From Candidatus Poribacteria bacterium (GTDB taxonomy: Bacteria; Poribacteria; WGA-4E; JAJDTR01), in the NCBI GenBank assembly GCA_965222225.1, contig CBDCTK010000002.1:1888001-1952000 (forward strand): a DNA stretch of 64,000 nucleotides. Direction: 5' to 3'. Of this stretch, positions 10,830-22,841 are shown piece after piece; the stretch's first letter is position 1, and each line of letters opens with the position of its first letter. The notes under the pieces are model-generated. The model searched no databases and was not told the DNA's origin. It worked only from the letters and a program-made list of their open reading frames with translations. Position numbers and translations under genes: made by a program.

Positions 10830-12200
10830 ATGGCGACTTCTCAAAATGATTTGTCCTTAGAAGAATATCGCAGAATCGATCGGGCTCACGTCTGGCACCC
10901 GATTTTTCAGCACCAAGCTTTGGAAAACACAAATTTAACCGTATTCAAGGAGGCACACGGCACTACTATCACCGACTCGGAAGGCAACCAATACCTGGAC
11001 GCGCTCTCGGGGTTATGGAACGTCAATGTTGGCTACGGACGCAAACAGATTGCCGACGCCGTGTATGAACAGATGCGGAAATTGTCATACTATCCGCTGT
11101 CACAGATCAATATCCCGGCGACGCTCCTAGCGGACAAACTCGCCGAGCTACTGCCGGGCGATTTGCAGCATGTCTTTTTTAGCAACAGTGGTTCTGAAGC
11201 CAACGAGACCTCGATTAAGATTGCTCGCCAGTACGGTCGGCAAAAATACCCGGGGCAGAATCGACACAAGATTATTGCCCGCTATCGTGGTTACCATGGT
11301 TTCACGTATGGCGCCATGTCGGCGACAGGGCAAACGCAGCGACGAAAAGTTTTTGAGCCTCTCGTTCCCGGGTTTCTGCACGCACACCCGCCATATTGCT
11401 ACCGATGCCCACTGGGGAAAAACTATCCGGAGTGCAACGTTGCGTGCGCGGATGAGATTGAACAGATAGTTCGGTGGGAAGGTGTTGACACGGTCATTGG
11501 AGTCATTGCCGAGCCGATTATTGGCGGGGGCGGAGTTATTGTTCCACCTGATGACTACCTCCCGAGATTACGAGAAATCTGCGATCGTTACGGCTTGCTG
11601 CTGATCCTTGACGAAGTCATCACAGGATTCGGGAGAACTGGTGCACTTTTCGCCTGCGAACACTGGGGCGTGCAGCCGGACATCATTTCCCTCGCAAAGG
11701 GTATAACGAGCGGATATCTCCCGCTCGGCGCGAGTGCTGTGACCCCGAAAGTGTTTGATGTTTTTCGGGGAGCTCCCGACGACAACCTTGAGTTCGCACA
11801 AGTTGCCACCTACGGCGGACACCCGGTCACCTGCGCCGCGGGGCTTGCCAATCTGAACATCTTGACAGAAGAACGGTTATGGGAAAATTCTGCGCGGGTT
11901 GGAAGCTACTTGCTGGAAAAACTGAAAGTTCTCCTGGACCTTCCGGTAGTCGGTGACATCCGCGGAAAAGGTTTGATGATCGGCGTCGAACTCGTCAACT
12001 CCGATCAATCATGCCTTGATACGGCAACCACGAATAGAGTCGTCAGCATGATGCACGACAGAGGAATCTTGATTGGAAAAGTGAGTCACACGATGGACGA
12101 ACCGGAAAACACCATATTCCTCGCGCCTCCGCTTATTGCGACCACCGCCGAAGCAGATCGGATATTTGATGCGCTTCGAGACGTGTTGTCGAATTTGTAA
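10830..12200 (+). CDS. Class III PLP-dependent aminotransferase
   Basis: SGLWNVNVGYG, NSGSEANE, YHG, EPIIGGGG, DEVITGFGRTG, AKGITSGYLPLG. Confidence 0.93.
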   Translation: MATSQNDLSLEEYRRIDRAHVWHPIFQHQALENTNLTVFKEAHGTTITDSEGNQYLDALSGLWNVNVGYGRKQIADAVYEQMRKLSYYPLSQINIPATLLADKLAELLPGDLQHVFFSNSGSEANETSIKIARQYGRQKYPGQNRHKIIARYRGYHGFTYGAMSATGQTQRRKVFEPLVPGFLHAHPPYCYRCPLGKNYPECNVACADEIEQIVRWEGVDTVIGVIAEPIIGGGGVIVPPDDYLPRLREICDRYGLLLILDEVITGFGRTGALFACEHWGVQPDIISLAKGITSGYLPLGASAVTPKVFDVFRGAPDDNLEFAQVATYGGHPVTCAAGLANLNILTEERLWENSARVGSYLLEKLKVLLDLPVVGDIRGKGLMIGVELVNSDQSCLDTATTNRVVSMMHDRGILIGKVSHTMDEPENTIFLAPPLIATTAEADRIFDALRDVLSNL

Positions 12201-12239
12201 CGCCAGATTCTTACCGCAAAGACATGTGAGAACATTGCT

Positions 12240-13778
12240 ATGAACCGCGAAATGATTGTGGTCTTGGATTTCGGATCGCAATACACGCAACTGATTGCCA
12301 GGCGAATTCGCGAACGATGGGTATACTGCGAGATTCACCCCTACCACATTTCAGTCGACGATCTGAGAGCATTGAATCCCAAGGGCATTGTTTTATCTGG
12401 TGGTCCATCCAGCGTGTACACGGAAAATGCCCCCCTACCGGATCCCAAAGTTTTAACGCTTGGCTCCCCCGTTCTCGGTATTTGCTACGGTATGCAACTC
12501 ATCGCCCACCTTTCTAAAGGAGGAAAAGTGCATCCTATGGCTGAACGTGAGTTTGGCGCCGCAACCCTAGATGTCGATCAACGTGGCACGCTATTCGAGA
12601 ACTTGCCCGACGGAATCGATGTATGGATGAGCCACGGCGACCGAATCGATAGCTTGCCGGAAGGTTTTCAAGTCATCGGTCATACGCAAAACTCACCGAT
12701 TGCAGCCATGGCAAATCTAGACCAAGAAATCTACGGTATGCAGTTTCATCCGGAGGTCGTGCACACGAAGGATGAGAATCGCATCCTCTCCAACTTCGTA
12801 CATACGATCTGCGGCTGCCGTGGCGATTGGACGATGAAATCTTTCATTGTGGAGGCTACGGAGAAAATCAAGTCCGCGACGCAGGACGGACGGGTATTGT
12901 GCGCGGTTAGCGGTGGTGTTGACTCAACTGTTCTTGCCGCTTTGCTCAAGCACGCCATTGATGATGCACTGGTCTGCGTTTTTGTCAATAATGGACTCTT
13001 GCGAAAAGACGAAGCCGACGAAGTGCTGTCAAATTACCGAGAACTTGGAATCGGAATCCATTATGCGGATGCCTCGGATCGATTCCTGGAATATCTGTCG
13101 GGCGTCGAAAACCCCGAGAAAAAACGCCTCGTGATCGGAAAGCAGTTCATAGAGGTGTTTAAAGAGGGCGTGGCGAAATTGGGAAAAATCGACTTCCTCG
13201 CGCAAGGGACGCTTTACCCCGATGTGATCGAAAGTGTATCCGTCAAAGGGCCATCGGCGACAATTAAAACACATCACAACGTCGGGGGCTTACCTAGCGA
13301 CCATCCGTTCAAGTTGATTGAGCCATTTCGCGAATTGTTTAAGGACGAGGTTAGGGCTGTTGGTTTGGAGCTAGGACTTCCCCAGTCAATTCTTGGACGG
13401 CATCCCTTTCCGGGCCCCGGCTTGGCAGTGCGGGTCATTGGTGCGATTACAAAAGAACGCTTGGATATTCTGCGTGAGGCGGATCGGATTTTCGTTACGG
13501 AACTGCGCAAGGCTGGACTGTACGATGATATTTGGCAGGCGTTAGCGGTGCTCCTACCAGTCAAGAGTGTAGGTGTGATGGGAGATGAGCGTACCTACGA
13601 AAACGTTGTGGCGTTACGTGCGGTTACGAGCACCGATGGGATGACAGCGGACTGGGCGAAGATTCCACCCGAAGTGTTGGGAACTGCCTCCAATCGTATT
13701 ATCAATGAAGTACACGGTATCAATCGCGTGGTCTACGATATCAGCTCTAAACCGCCAAGTACGATTGAGTGGGAATAA
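12240..13778 (+). CDS. guaA: GMP synthase (glutamine-hydrolysing)
   Basis: [52 protein letters not shown]. Confidence 0.98.
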   Translation: MNREMIVVLDFGSQYTQLIARRIRERWVYCEIHPYHISVDDLRALNPKGIVLSGGPSSVYTENAPLPDPKVLTLGSPVLGICYGMQLIAHLSKGGKVHPMAEREFGAATLDVDQRGTLFENLPDGIDVWMSHGDRIDSLPEGFQVIGHTQNSPIAAMANLDQEIYGMQFHPEVVHTKDENRILSNFVHTICGCRGDWTMKSFIVEATEKIKSATQDGRVLCAVSGGVDSTVLAALLKHAIDDALVCVFVNNGLLRKDEADEVLSNYRELGIGIHYADASDRFLEYLSGVENPEKKRLVIGKQFIEVFKEGVAKLGKIDFLAQGTLYPDVIESVSVKGPSATIKTHHNVGGLPSDHPFKLIEPFRELFKDEVRAVGLELGLPQSILGRHPFPGPGLAVRVIGAITKERLDILREADRIFVTELRKAGLYDDIWQALAVLLPVKSVGVMGDERTYENVVALRAVTSTDGMTADWAKIPPEVLGTASNRIINEVHGINRVVYDISSKPPSTIEWE

Positions 13779-14030
13779 GCGTTTTAACGCCAAGCAATGT
13801 CGATTGACTTACATTCTCACCCCATGCGTCGGAGTTTCTTCTATTGCGTATCGGGGACAGATCGATTATACTGCGCCTAAACAACGGCTAAGTCCCGTCC
13901 GCTAACGTAATGGGCATGGCATCGTAGACCCTAGACGAAAATAATGGCGATTCAGAACACCTAAGTATAGATTTCCGCTCACCCCATTGGCAATTCACTC
14001 AATTTCAACACGGTAGCGGCGAAAGAAAAC

Positions 14031-16193
14031 TTGATGGCAGATCTCCTTGAGTCCTTGAACCCGGTCCAACGGCAAGCGGTGCAACATGCTGATGGGCCAC
14101 TGTTACTTCTGTCTGGCGCTGGTAGTGGAAAGACACGCGTCATTACCTACCGCATCGCTTATCTACTTCGCCACCACCGCGTGTCGCCGTTTAATGTCCT
14201 AGCGGTAACGTTCACCAACAAAGCGGCAGGCGAGATGAAGTCTCGCCTTGAAGGGCTTGTTGGGGTAGATACGACAAAGCTGATTTGGGTATCTACTTTT
14301 CATGCCTCTTGTGCTCGCATTCTACGCAGAGATATTGAGCGGCTCGGATATTCTCGTTCTTTCACGATTTACGATACGGTCGATCAGCTCGCGGTTATCA
14401 AGGAGATTCTTAAAGAACATCAGATGCGCGAAGAGTTGAATAACCCTAAAGCTGTTTTGAGCCAAATTAGTAAAGCCAAAAATGACTTTGTAACGCCAGA
14501 GATGTATATGCAAGCGGCGGACAGCTACTTCGAAGAAAATATCGCAAAAATTTACCCCGTGTACCAAGACTATCTTCGCAAGAACAATTCCCTTGATTTT
14601 GACGATCTCATCGGCTTGACCGTGGATTTGTTCAAATCCTGTCCCGATGTTTTGGGGTATTATCAGAATAAGTTTCGGTATATTCTTGTTGATGAATATC
14701 AGGACACCAACCGCGGTCAATACCTGCTTGTTCATGCATTGGCTAAGGAGCACCAGAATATCTGCGCCGTAGGAGACGACGACCAGTCTATATACTCGTG
14801 GAGGGGTGCGGATATCAACAATATCCTCGACTTCGAGAAGGATTATCCGGACACTACGGTGTTGCGCCTTGAGCAAAACTATCGCTCGACGCAAAACATC
14901 CTCTCCGCCGCATACGAGGTCGTCCGCAACAATCGTCTGCGAATGGAAAAGAAACTCTGGACAGAAAATGGACAGGGTGAGTTGATTGACTGTTATGAGG
15001 CGATAGACGAAGTTGACGAAGCAAAATATGTCATCAAGCAGCTTCGTGAGGCGCGCTCACGGGGACTTAAGTATGGCGACTGTGTGATTTTTTACCGGAT
15101 TAACGCCCAGTCCCGGGCGTTTGAGGAAGCGTTGAGAGGCGCGAACATCCCGTATCAAATCGTGGGGGGCGTCCGCTTCTATGAACGGGTGGAGATAAAG
15201 GATCTCATTGCCTATCTCCGTGTCATTGTGAATCCCGATGATTCAATTAGCCTCAGGCGAATCATCAACGTGCCCCGCAGAGGAATCGGTGGGACTACTC
15301 TTGGGAAACTTGAGGATTTTGCGGATGACGAACAGATTGACCTGTTCTCGGCCCTCCGTCGCGTTGATGAAATCTCAATGCTGCGTGTAGCCGCGAAGGT
15401 AAAAATCCGAGAGTTCTCTCAACTGATTGAAAGTTTCGATCCGGGGCGTCCTCCCGTAGAGATTATTAACGAGCTACTTGATGTCACGGATTATCTTACT
15501 TTTCTCAAAAGCGATAACACAATCGAGGCGATGGGCAGAGTTGAAAACGTGAGCGAGTTCATTTCCGCCGCAGGCAGATATGAGGGAAACGAGCCCGAAC
15601 CGACACTGTCAGGGTTCTTGCAGTTGATTACCTTGGTTGCCGATGTCGACAACATGGATGACAAAAGTGATGTGGTCACCCTGATGACACTCCACAGCGC
15701 AAAGGGACTAGAGTTCCCTATCGTCTTCATGGCTGGAGTTGAGGAAGGCTCTCTGCCCCATCAACGCGCATTTGCCAACGAAGCCGAACTAGAGGAGGAG
15801 CGACGGCTCTGTTATGTGGGTTTGACGCGGGCAAGAGAGCGGGCCTCCCTCTCTCACGCTCGAACGCGCAGAATCCACGGACTTGAGGATTATCGCATGC
15901 CCTCTCGCTTTATTGAAGAGATTCCACCCGAACTAATCAATCATGTTGACAGGTTTGAGACCGCCCATCGCCCCGTCGTCAGATCCTACGATCCCGATGA
16001 ACCCGACATTGACGTAGGGTCCTCATTCGATTACAGTGTTGGTGAATTCGTGTTTCACCCGAAGTTTGGCCGCGGCAAGATTACGGGAATCAGCGGCCAT
16101 GGTGCAAACATGCGCATTACGATTCGGTTTGCGCGTGGTGCCGAGAAGACCTTGGTCGCTGAATACGCACCATTACAGCCGATGGTAATGTGA
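14031..16193 (+). CDS. pcrA: ATP-dependent DNA helicase PcrA/UvrD
   Basis: GAGSGKT, TFTNKAA, DEYQDTN, VGDDDQSIY, LEQNYRST, TLHSAKGLEF, C-terminal Tudor-like HPKFGRG. Confidence 0.95.
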   Translation: MMADLLESLNPVQRQAVQHADGPLLLLSGAGSGKTRVITYRIAYLLRHHRVSPFNVLAVTFTNKAAGEMKSRLEGLVGVDTTKLIWVSTFHASCARILRRDIERLGYSRSFTIYDTVDQLAVIKEILKEHQMREELNNPKAVLSQISKAKNDFVTPEMYMQAADSYFEENIAKIYPVYQDYLRKNNSLDFDDLIGLTVDLFKSCPDVLGYYQNKFRYILVDEYQDTNRGQYLLVHALAKEHQNICAVGDDDQSIYSWRGADINNILDFEKDYPDTTVLRLEQNYRSTQNILSAAYEVVRNNRLRMEKKLWTENGQGELIDCYEAIDEVDEAKYVIKQLREARSRGLKYGDCVIFYRINAQSRAFEEALRGANIPYQIVGGVRFYERVEIKDLIAYLRVIVNPDDSISLRRIINVPRRGIGGTTLGKLEDFADDEQIDLFSALRRVDEISMLRVAAKVKIREFSQLIESFDPGRPPVEIINELLDVTDYLTFLKSDNTIEAMGRVENVSEFISAAGRYEGNEPEPTLSGFLQLITLVADVDNMDDKSDVVTLMTLHSAKGLEFPIVFMAGVEEGSLPHQRAFANEAELEEERRLCYVGLTRARERASLSHARTRRIHGLEDYRMPSRFIEEIPPELINHVDRFETAHRPVVRSYDPDEPDIDVGSSFDYSVGEFVFHPKFGRGKITGISGHGANMRITIRFARGAEKTLVAEYAPLQPMVM

Positions 16194-16248
16194 TAGACTA
16201 ACGGACAATCCTCAGACAACTTATCAGAAATCGTGAAGGAGAAGCAAA

Positions 16249-16539
16249 ATGGCAGTAATCACGTCCGAGGAAGTCGAGCACGTCGCGAATCTCGCGCGCC
16301 TCGAATTTAATGAGGAGGAAATAGCGCAATTTACGCATCAACTCGGTAGAATCTTGGACTACATCGGAAAACTGAACGAGTTGGACACGACGGACGTGCC
16401 GCCGACCTCTCATGTTCTCCCCATTCACAATGTGTCCAAAGAAGACACAGTGAAGCCATCATACGATAGGAAGCTTGTATTCGCTACCGCACCGGAAACC
16501 GAAACTGGATACTTTGATGTACCGAAGGTGATTGAGTAA
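16249..16539 (+). CDS. gatC: Asp/Glu-tRNA amidotransferase subunit C
   Basis: EVEHVANLARL, LDT..V.PT, YF.VPKVIE. Confidence 0.95.
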   Translation: MAVITSEEVEHVANLARLEFNEEEIAQFTHQLGRILDYIGKLNELDTTDVPPTSHVLPIHNVSKEDTVKPSYDRKLVFATAPETETGYFDVPKVIE

Positions 16540-16625
16540 ACTGTAGAGGAAACAGTGGCTAGTGATGAATGAAACCCGCTCTTACCTTCCACTAGCCACT
16601 AACCACTGGGTTTCGGAGCAAACGC

Positions 16626-18089
16626 TTGACACAGTTATACGAACTTACAGCCCACGAACTTCATGAGAAGCTAAAAACACGAGAGATAACCTCCGCAGAA
16701 CTCACACAATCGGTGTTTAATCGTATTGACGCTGTCGAAGGGCAAATCGAAGGCTATATTACACTCACGAGGGAGACTGCGCTCCAGCAAGCCGAAATTG
16801 CGGACGCTGGTTTCCAACGCGGTGATGAGATGCCACCGCTCGCTGGCATTCCAATCGCGGTCAAGGACGTCATCTGCACCAAGAGTGTATTGACCACCTG
16901 CGGTTCCAAGATTCTAGGCAATTTTGTGCCCCCATATGATGCAACCGTGATAACAGAACTCCATCGGCAAGGGAGTGTGGTGATTGGCAAGACAAACATG
17001 GATGAGTTTGCGATGGGGTCGTCCACCGAGAATTCCGCGTACCACATTACGCGCAACCCGTGGGACTTGGAAACCATACCCGGCGGATCAAGCGGGGGTT
17101 CCGCGGCGGTTGTCGCCGCTGATGAAGCCATCTGCTCCCTCGGATCCGACACCGGAGGTTCCATCCGGCAGCCGGCGGCGCTGTGCGGAGTTGTGGGAAT
17201 GAAACCCACGTATGGACGTGTTTCGCGGTTTGGCTTGGTCGCCTTCGCGTCCTCTCTGGATCAGATTGGACCGTTCACAAAAGATGTCACCGATTGTGCT
17301 CTTATGCTGAACGCAATCTGTGGTCATGATCCGATGGACTCGACCTCTGTCAATTTGCCGACTCCGGATTACACGGAATATCTCACCAACGATATCGAAG
17401 GTTTAAAAATCGGTGTGCCGCAGGAATACTTCGTTGAAGGAATGGACACAGAAGTTCAAGAAATCGTACATACGTCAGTTCAAGCACTGAAGGAGTGCGG
17501 CGCGTCCATTGAGGAGATTTCCTTACCACACACCGAATACGCAATTGCTACGTATTATATCATTGCCCCGGCGGAGGCGAGCGCAAATCTGGCGCGTTAT
17601 GACGGCGTTCGATACGGATACCGCGCTGAGGATGCCGAGGAACTCATTGATATGTATAAGAAAACTCGCAGTCGCGGGTTCGGCGAGGAGGTTAAACGGC
17701 GCATAATGCTTGGAACGTATGCACTCAGCTCCGGATATTATGATGCCTACTATCTGAAAGGTCAGAAAGCGCGGACGTTGATTAAATCCGATTTCGATCG
17801 TGCCTTCGAGACCGTTGATGCCATCGTCACGCCAACCTCGCCGACACCAGCCTTCAAAGTAGGCGAACGCACCGCTGACCCTCTGCAGATGTACCTCTCG
17901 GATGTCCTGACAACTCCCTCAAGCCTCGCTGGCTTGCCGGGAATCTCCGTCCCGTGCGGGTTGACAAAGGGCGGTCTTCCAATCGGTCTTCAGATCTTAG
18001 CCGCACCGTTTGAGGAAGGGAAAGTCTTAAATGTCGCTCACACATTTGAACAACGTACGAATCACCACCGGCGGAAGCCAAATCTGTAA
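16626..18089 (+). CDS. gatA: Asp/Glu-tRNA amidotransferase subunit A
   Basis: [43 protein letters not shown]. Confidence 0.97.
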   Translation: MTQLYELTAHELHEKLKTREITSAELTQSVFNRIDAVEGQIEGYITLTRETALQQAEIADAGFQRGDEMPPLAGIPIAVKDVICTKSVLTTCGSKILGNFVPPYDATVITELHRQGSVVIGKTNMDEFAMGSSTENSAYHITRNPWDLETIPGGSSGGSAAVVAADEAICSLGSDTGGSIRQPAALCGVVGMKPTYGRVSRFGLVAFASSLDQIGPFTKDVTDCALMLNAICGHDPMDSTSVNLPTPDYTEYLTNDIEGLKIGVPQEYFVEGMDTEVQEIVHTSVQALKECGASIEEISLPHTEYAIATYYIIAPAEASANLARYDGVRYGYRAEDAEELIDMYKKTRSRGFGEEVKRRIMLGTYALSSGYYDAYYLKGQKARTLIKSDFDRAFETVDAIVTPTSPTPAFKVGERTADPLQMYLSDVLTTPSSLAGLPGISVPCGLTKGGLPIGLQILAAPFEEGKVLNVAHTFEQRTNHHRRKPNL

Positions 18090-18188
18090 CTGGCAAGAGG
18101 GAGCACTGACCAATAACGAATGTGGAGAATAACTAGCAACATCGTTCTGTGCCCTTAGCTTGCATTCGTCCTCAAGATTCACCTTTAT

Positions 18189-18689
18189 TTGACTATGGAC
18201 ACTACGAACCACTCTTCAGCTAATGCCATTCTTGCGCCCACGGGCGCGTTGCTAGGCGCAATTATCGGTGGTATATTGTGGGCAAAATATATCAATTGGA
18301 CAGGCATGACAGCCGGTTGGGTTGTGCTAGTTATCGGACTTCTAACCGGCATCGGCGCCGTGCTGACGAGCCGCTCACGTCGAGTTTCCATTGCGTCGAT
18401 TGCCGCTGTCTTTGCAATCTTGGGAATTCTCTTGGGCAAATACCTTGATGTTCGATGGAATGCGCCTCGCACGGTTGGCATCATTGAGGCGCAACCGGAT
18501 ATCCCGCCGGAATACGCGGAAAGCATTGCCAAGATGGTTGAGGCAAGCGAAGCTGGCGACTCAACATGGAAGCGTATGCGGGTGCGAATGGAATGGTTTG
18601 ATTTGGTTTACTACGCGGTTGCCAGTTTCGTTGCGTTTCGTACGGCATATAGTAGACGATTGCACCAACTCCTTTTCAGAACCACGTGA
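18189..18689 (+). CDS. Hypothetical membrane protein
   Basis: About four hydrophobic segments; co-oriented with neighbours. Confidence 0.7.
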   Translation: MTMDTTNHSSANAILAPTGALLGAIIGGILWAKYINWTGMTAGWVVLVIGLLTGIGAVLTSRSRRVSIASIAAVFAILGILLGKYLDVRWNAPRTVGIIEAQPDIPPEYAESIAKMVEASEAGDSTWKRMRVRMEWFDLVYYAVASFVAFRTAYSRRLHQLLFRTT

Positions 18690-18860
18690 TCGGAAATTTC
18701 TCTGCGCAGGCTGGTAGTCAAGAATTTGTTTTCCGCAGTGCAATTTCCAATGTATCGATTGACTTCTAACCGCTCAGAAACTATTAACGGAATCGGTATC
18801 GAATTCGATTTTACCAGTGTCCAGCAATCATTAGCCACTGCCTTTGAACGGAGCAAATGA

Positions 18861-20354
18861 ATGAAAGAAGGTCATATCCATTTTCTTGCCACTGATTGTT
18901 GTTCTATGTCTTCCCCCCGTAGTTTGGTTTCGCCTCGTCTCTTTATTTGGTCTATTGTGGCGATTTGTCTCTTATGCTTGAACCCAATACCAGCGACAGC
19001 AACTGACGATGCGGTATCCACTGATCCCCTCAACGAAGAACTTCTCGAAAATCTTTCCCTGCTGTCAGAGGTTTTGGCACATATTCAACAGGGGCATCTG
19101 GAATCACCGGAGCCAAAGAAACTAATGTACGGCGCCATTCGTGGAATGCTGCGTACGCTTGATCCGTATAGCCAATTTTTTGATCCTGAAAGCTATGGGG
19201 ATTTCCGAACCGAAAGTCGAGGCGCCTATGGTGGTCTAGGTATGGTAATTGGATTTCGCCAAGACCGTCTGACCATAATCTCGCCATTCAAAGGCACGCC
19301 TGCCTACGAGGCTGGGGTTCAGAGTGGTGATATTATCAGCCTAATAGAAGAGGAATCGACCGCGACGATGGCTGTTGACGAAGCAGTCGAACGCTTGCGC
19401 GGAGAACCGGGCACCCAAGTGACGATTACTCTGCTGCGCGAAGGTGAAAACGAACCGATTGAGATGACAATAACACGCGATGTCATCCGTTTTCGTTCCG
19501 TTGAATCCAAAGTTCTAAAAGGCGATGTCGCGTACATCCGAATCAATCAGTTCCGGGACACCACGGGAGCCGATGTTGACAAGGCTTTTGAATCCTTCGA
19601 TTCACAGGAACTTCGCGGGATGATTTTAGATTTGCGGTCTAACCCGGGCGGCTTGCTCAGCTCCGCCGTTGAAGTGGCGAGCGATTTCCTTGACCCCGAT
19701 CAGTTGGTCGTCTATACGGAGGGCACTAGCCAGCGAGAAGATTTACTTGCCCGTCCCGGACAGCAACAGAAACACTATCCTCTCGTTGTCCTCGTCAATG
19801 GAGGGAGCGCAAGCGGATCGGAGATTGTTGCGGCAGCGATTAAAGACCATGGGCGTGGTCTTGTACTTGGTCGCAAAACCTTCGGAAAGGCCTCGGTACA
19901 GAAGGTGTTTCCGCTAAGTGGCGACCATGCGATGAAACTGACCGTCGCTCATTACTACAGCCCCAGCGGAGTTAATATCCACAAGATCGGGATTACGCCG
20001 GATATTGAAGTCCCATGGTTCAGTCAATCCGAGAATAAAATTCTTACTAAGCTGCGCCAGCACGAAAAAATCAAAACCTTTATTGAGGAAAATGGCGATG
20101 ACGTTTTGACAAAGTTGGATGAGGCACGCCATGCGTCGCGCGAGGACCGTGAGGCTATTGCTCTGTTGAGGAAATATCGGCGCCTTGTAGATACGTTGTC
20201 TAAAGAGGAACTTGTCCTAGGCAATGCCGGGATAGACCTTGCCATCGCGCGTGAAACTGAAAATGACGTTGACGAGTACGAACACGATCCGCAAATCCTG
20301 GCTGCCAGTCAACAGCTAAAGTTGCTCGAACTTTTCCAAACAATACTCAAATAA
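18861..20354 (+). CDS. S41 family C-terminal processing protease (PDZ + S41)
   Basis: LDPYS, GGLG PDZ loop, LDLRSNPGG, SASGSEIVA, TFGKASVQ; start position uncertain. Confidence 0.93.
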   Translation: MKEGHIHFLATDCCSMSSPRSLVSPRLFIWSIVAICLLCLNPIPATATDDAVSTDPLNEELLENLSLLSEVLAHIQQGHLESPEPKKLMYGAIRGMLRTLDPYSQFFDPESYGDFRTESRGAYGGLGMVIGFRQDRLTIISPFKGTPAYEAGVQSGDIISLIEEESTATMAVDEAVERLRGEPGTQVTITLLREGENEPIEMTITRDVIRFRSVESKVLKGDVAYIRINQFRDTTGADVDKAFESFDSQELRGMILDLRSNPGGLLSSAVEVASDFLDPDQLVVYTEGTSQREDLLARPGQQQKHYPLVVLVNGGSASGSEIVAAAIKDHGRGLVLGRKTFGKASVQKVFPLSGDHAMKLTVAHYYSPSGVNIHKIGITPDIEVPWFSQSENKILTKLRQHEKIKTFIEENGDDVLTKLDEARHASREDREAIALLRKYRRLVDTLSKEELVLGNAGIDLAIARETENDVDEYEHDPQILAASQQLKLLELFQTILK

Positions 20355-20467
20355 CTGACATAGCAGCTCCTAACGGGCGAGTGAAGAGAGGCTCAACTTG
20401 CCGCTATCCGAAGTGTTTATCCACATTCACCGGCGTCTGACTACCGCTGAAAGCGAGCTATTGCCTT

Positions 20468-21847
20468 ATGACCACGAAACCGAATGTCCTTCTTATAGGC
20501 GTTGATTCACTTCTTGCCGACCACATGAGTTGCTACGGTTATCACCGCCTCACCACCCCACATATAGATCGGTTCGCTCAAGGCGGAGTGCTTTTTGAGC
20601 AAACATACAGCGCCCATATTCCGACAACCAGCGCCTATTCATCAATGCTCTCCGGCATGGATTGCTTCAGTACCCAAGTCGTCGCGCTACGACATAAGGG
20701 CCCCCTTAGACCCGAGGTTAAGACCTTGGCTGAAATCCTTCGAGAATCCGGCTATAACACCACTTGTGTCGGTTTCAGTGGTAATCCCGGTTCCCGAGGC
20801 TTTGACAACTACCTTGATTACCCGGGCTGGGGAAGTTGGGCAGAAGGACGTAGTCCAAAGGCGCAGAACCTCAACAACGTGACGATTCCCGAATTGAATA
20901 GGCTTTTGGATCAGCGCGACCCCTTTTTCCTTTTTCTTCGCCACATGGATCCGCATGCACCCTACCTGCCGCCCGAACCCTATGAGCGTATGTTTTATCA
21001 CGGCGACGAATGCGATCCGAGTAATACATCAATGCAACCCGTAATGGCGTTTAAGCCGTTTCGCGATTTCTTCGCGAGTTGGATGCCGCCCGGAATAACC
21101 GACAAAGACTACGTCATTGCGCAGTATGATGGCGCTATCGCGTACATGGATGCCTGTATACAGGCTATCTTCAACGCTCTTGAAACCCGAGGCGTCCTCG
21201 ACGACACCATTGTTATCTTCAATGGCGATCATGGTGAGACCCTTTACGGTCATGAGTGCTGGTTTGACCATCACGGACTTTACGATGTCACTCTGCATGT
21301 CCCTTTGATTATCCGTTATCCGCGTGCCATCCCCGCAAGCAAACATGTATCCGGTTTTAACCAGCACAAAGATCTCGTGCCAACAATCCTTAAACTGGCA
21401 GCGATTCAGACGGACATTGACTTTGATGGCAGAAGTCTGGTGCCGATGATTAGGGGCGAGGTCGCCTCACATGAGAGTGAATTTTACATTACCGAGTGCA
21501 CCTGGATGCGGAAACACGGTTGGCGAACACCACACTGGAAGTTGATTGTTGCGCTTGAACCCGATTTTCATTTTAAACCCACGATTGAACTCTACAATCT
21601 CATCGAAGACCCTGATGAAAACAACAACCTCGCGGAGGATCGCCCGGATATTGTTGCCACTTTGCAAGATAGAATGCAGACTTGGATTGCCAAACGCGAG
21701 AAGGAAACCGGTCTAAAAAACCCAATGATGACGCAAGGAGCATGGGTAGAAGGCGCGCCGTTCAAGACATCTCAAGATGCGTACGACACGCTGCATATTG
21801 GAGATCCTGGACAGGCGGCGCGATTGCAAGCCAAAAGTCGGAAGTAA
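20468..21847 (+). CDS. Sulfatase-like hydrolase (alkaline phosphatase superfamily)
   Basis: KPNVLLIGVDSL, DPHAPY, GDHGE, LHVPLII, ELYNLIEDPDE; CxPxR signature absent. Confidence 0.88.
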   Translation: MTTKPNVLLIGVDSLLADHMSCYGYHRLTTPHIDRFAQGGVLFEQTYSAHIPTTSAYSSMLSGMDCFSTQVVALRHKGPLRPEVKTLAEILRESGYNTTCVGFSGNPGSRGFDNYLDYPGWGSWAEGRSPKAQNLNNVTIPELNRLLDQRDPFFLFLRHMDPHAPYLPPEPYERMFYHGDECDPSNTSMQPVMAFKPFRDFFASWMPPGITDKDYVIAQYDGAIAYMDACIQAIFNALETRGVLDDTIVIFNGDHGETLYGHECWFDHHGLYDVTLHVPLIIRYPRAIPASKHVSGFNQHKDLVPTILKLAAIQTDIDFDGRSLVPMIRGEVASHESEFYITECTWMRKHGWRTPHWKLIVALEPDFHFKPTIELYNLIEDPDENNNLAEDRPDIVATLQDRMQTWIAKREKETGLKNPMMTQGAWVEGAPFKTSQDAYDTLHIGDPGQAARLQAKSRK

Positions 21848-21998
21848 AGGGTAAAATCCGCAGCCCGATTTATCAGGCATCGGTTCGCAGTAGCGACATT
21901 CATCGCGCTCTAAGATTTGTAGTTTGTTACCATTCTGGGACCTATCGCTTTGTGTGAGTTTTTGCCTCTAACCACAACTCTTACCCAGTTCTTAAAGG

Positions 21999-22727
21999 AT
22001 GTCCCTAATCACAGTTATCGGGCGTGGCCATTCCGGCACGCGCGCAATTTCACATACGTTATACGCCAGCGGCGTGTATATGGGAAAGCTGCTCAATCCT
22101 TCCGGAGATAAAGTGCCGCCCGAGGAAATGTACGACGCCTGCCGCGTCATGGCAAAATACGTAAAATGGAAGGGCGGATTGTGCTGGGAGTTTTCGCCGC
22201 TGCACACGATGCAGATTGATAAGCAGTTTGAAGCGTTAATAAACAGTTATTTGGAAGATGTCCTGTCGAACGAATCCGAAAACCAGGGCTGGAAAATACC
22301 GGAGACGACGCTGGTTTATCCGTGGATCACTCGGATGTTTCCCGATATTAAGTATATTCATTGGATTCGGGATCCGAGGGATTGTATTCTCAGCCCCCAC
22401 GGCACCGACGACCTGCAGCGATTCGGAGTTGAATATTCGTTAACCGACGACGTCCGCAAACGCCGGGCAATCTCATGGCTGTATCAATACCAAATAATGC
22501 AATCAACGCCCAAGCCGAAAAACTATATTCTCATTCGCTTTGAAGATTTCGTGTTGCGGCAAGAGGAAACGCTTTCGCGGCTTGAGGATTTCTTGGGTAT
22601 CCCGCTTGCGCGCATTATTGTGCGCCTTGAAGCCGTTGGTCGTTGGAGAAAAGACCCGGGACCGTATTCTTTTGAGTTTTTGGCAGACGCTATGCGTGAA
22701 AACGGCTACGGCGAAGAATTGCAGTAG
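21999..22727 (+). CDS. Sulfotransferase family protein
   Basis: IGRGHSGTR PAPS-binding loop, GWKIP, IHWIRDPRD..LS, IRFEDF. Confidence 0.85.
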   Translation: MSLITVIGRGHSGTRAISHTLYASGVYMGKLLNPSGDKVPPEEMYDACRVMAKYVKWKGGLCWEFSPLHTMQIDKQFEALINSYLEDVLSNESENQGWKIPETTLVYPWITRMFPDIKYIHWIRDPRDCILSPHGTDDLQRFGVEYSLTDDVRKRRAISWLYQYQIMQSTPKPKNYILIRFEDFVLRQEETLSRLEDFLGIPLARIIVRLEAVGRWRKDPGPYSFEFLADAMRENGYGEELQ

Positions 22728-22841
22728 GGTTTTTCATTGCGCGTCAGCTCTTCCCAAGTCACGTCTCATGACTGCGTTCGTCCGCACCCTGCAACCCGTT
22801 GAGCGTCTTTTAACCGAGCACTGTTATTAAGGAGGAATTAC

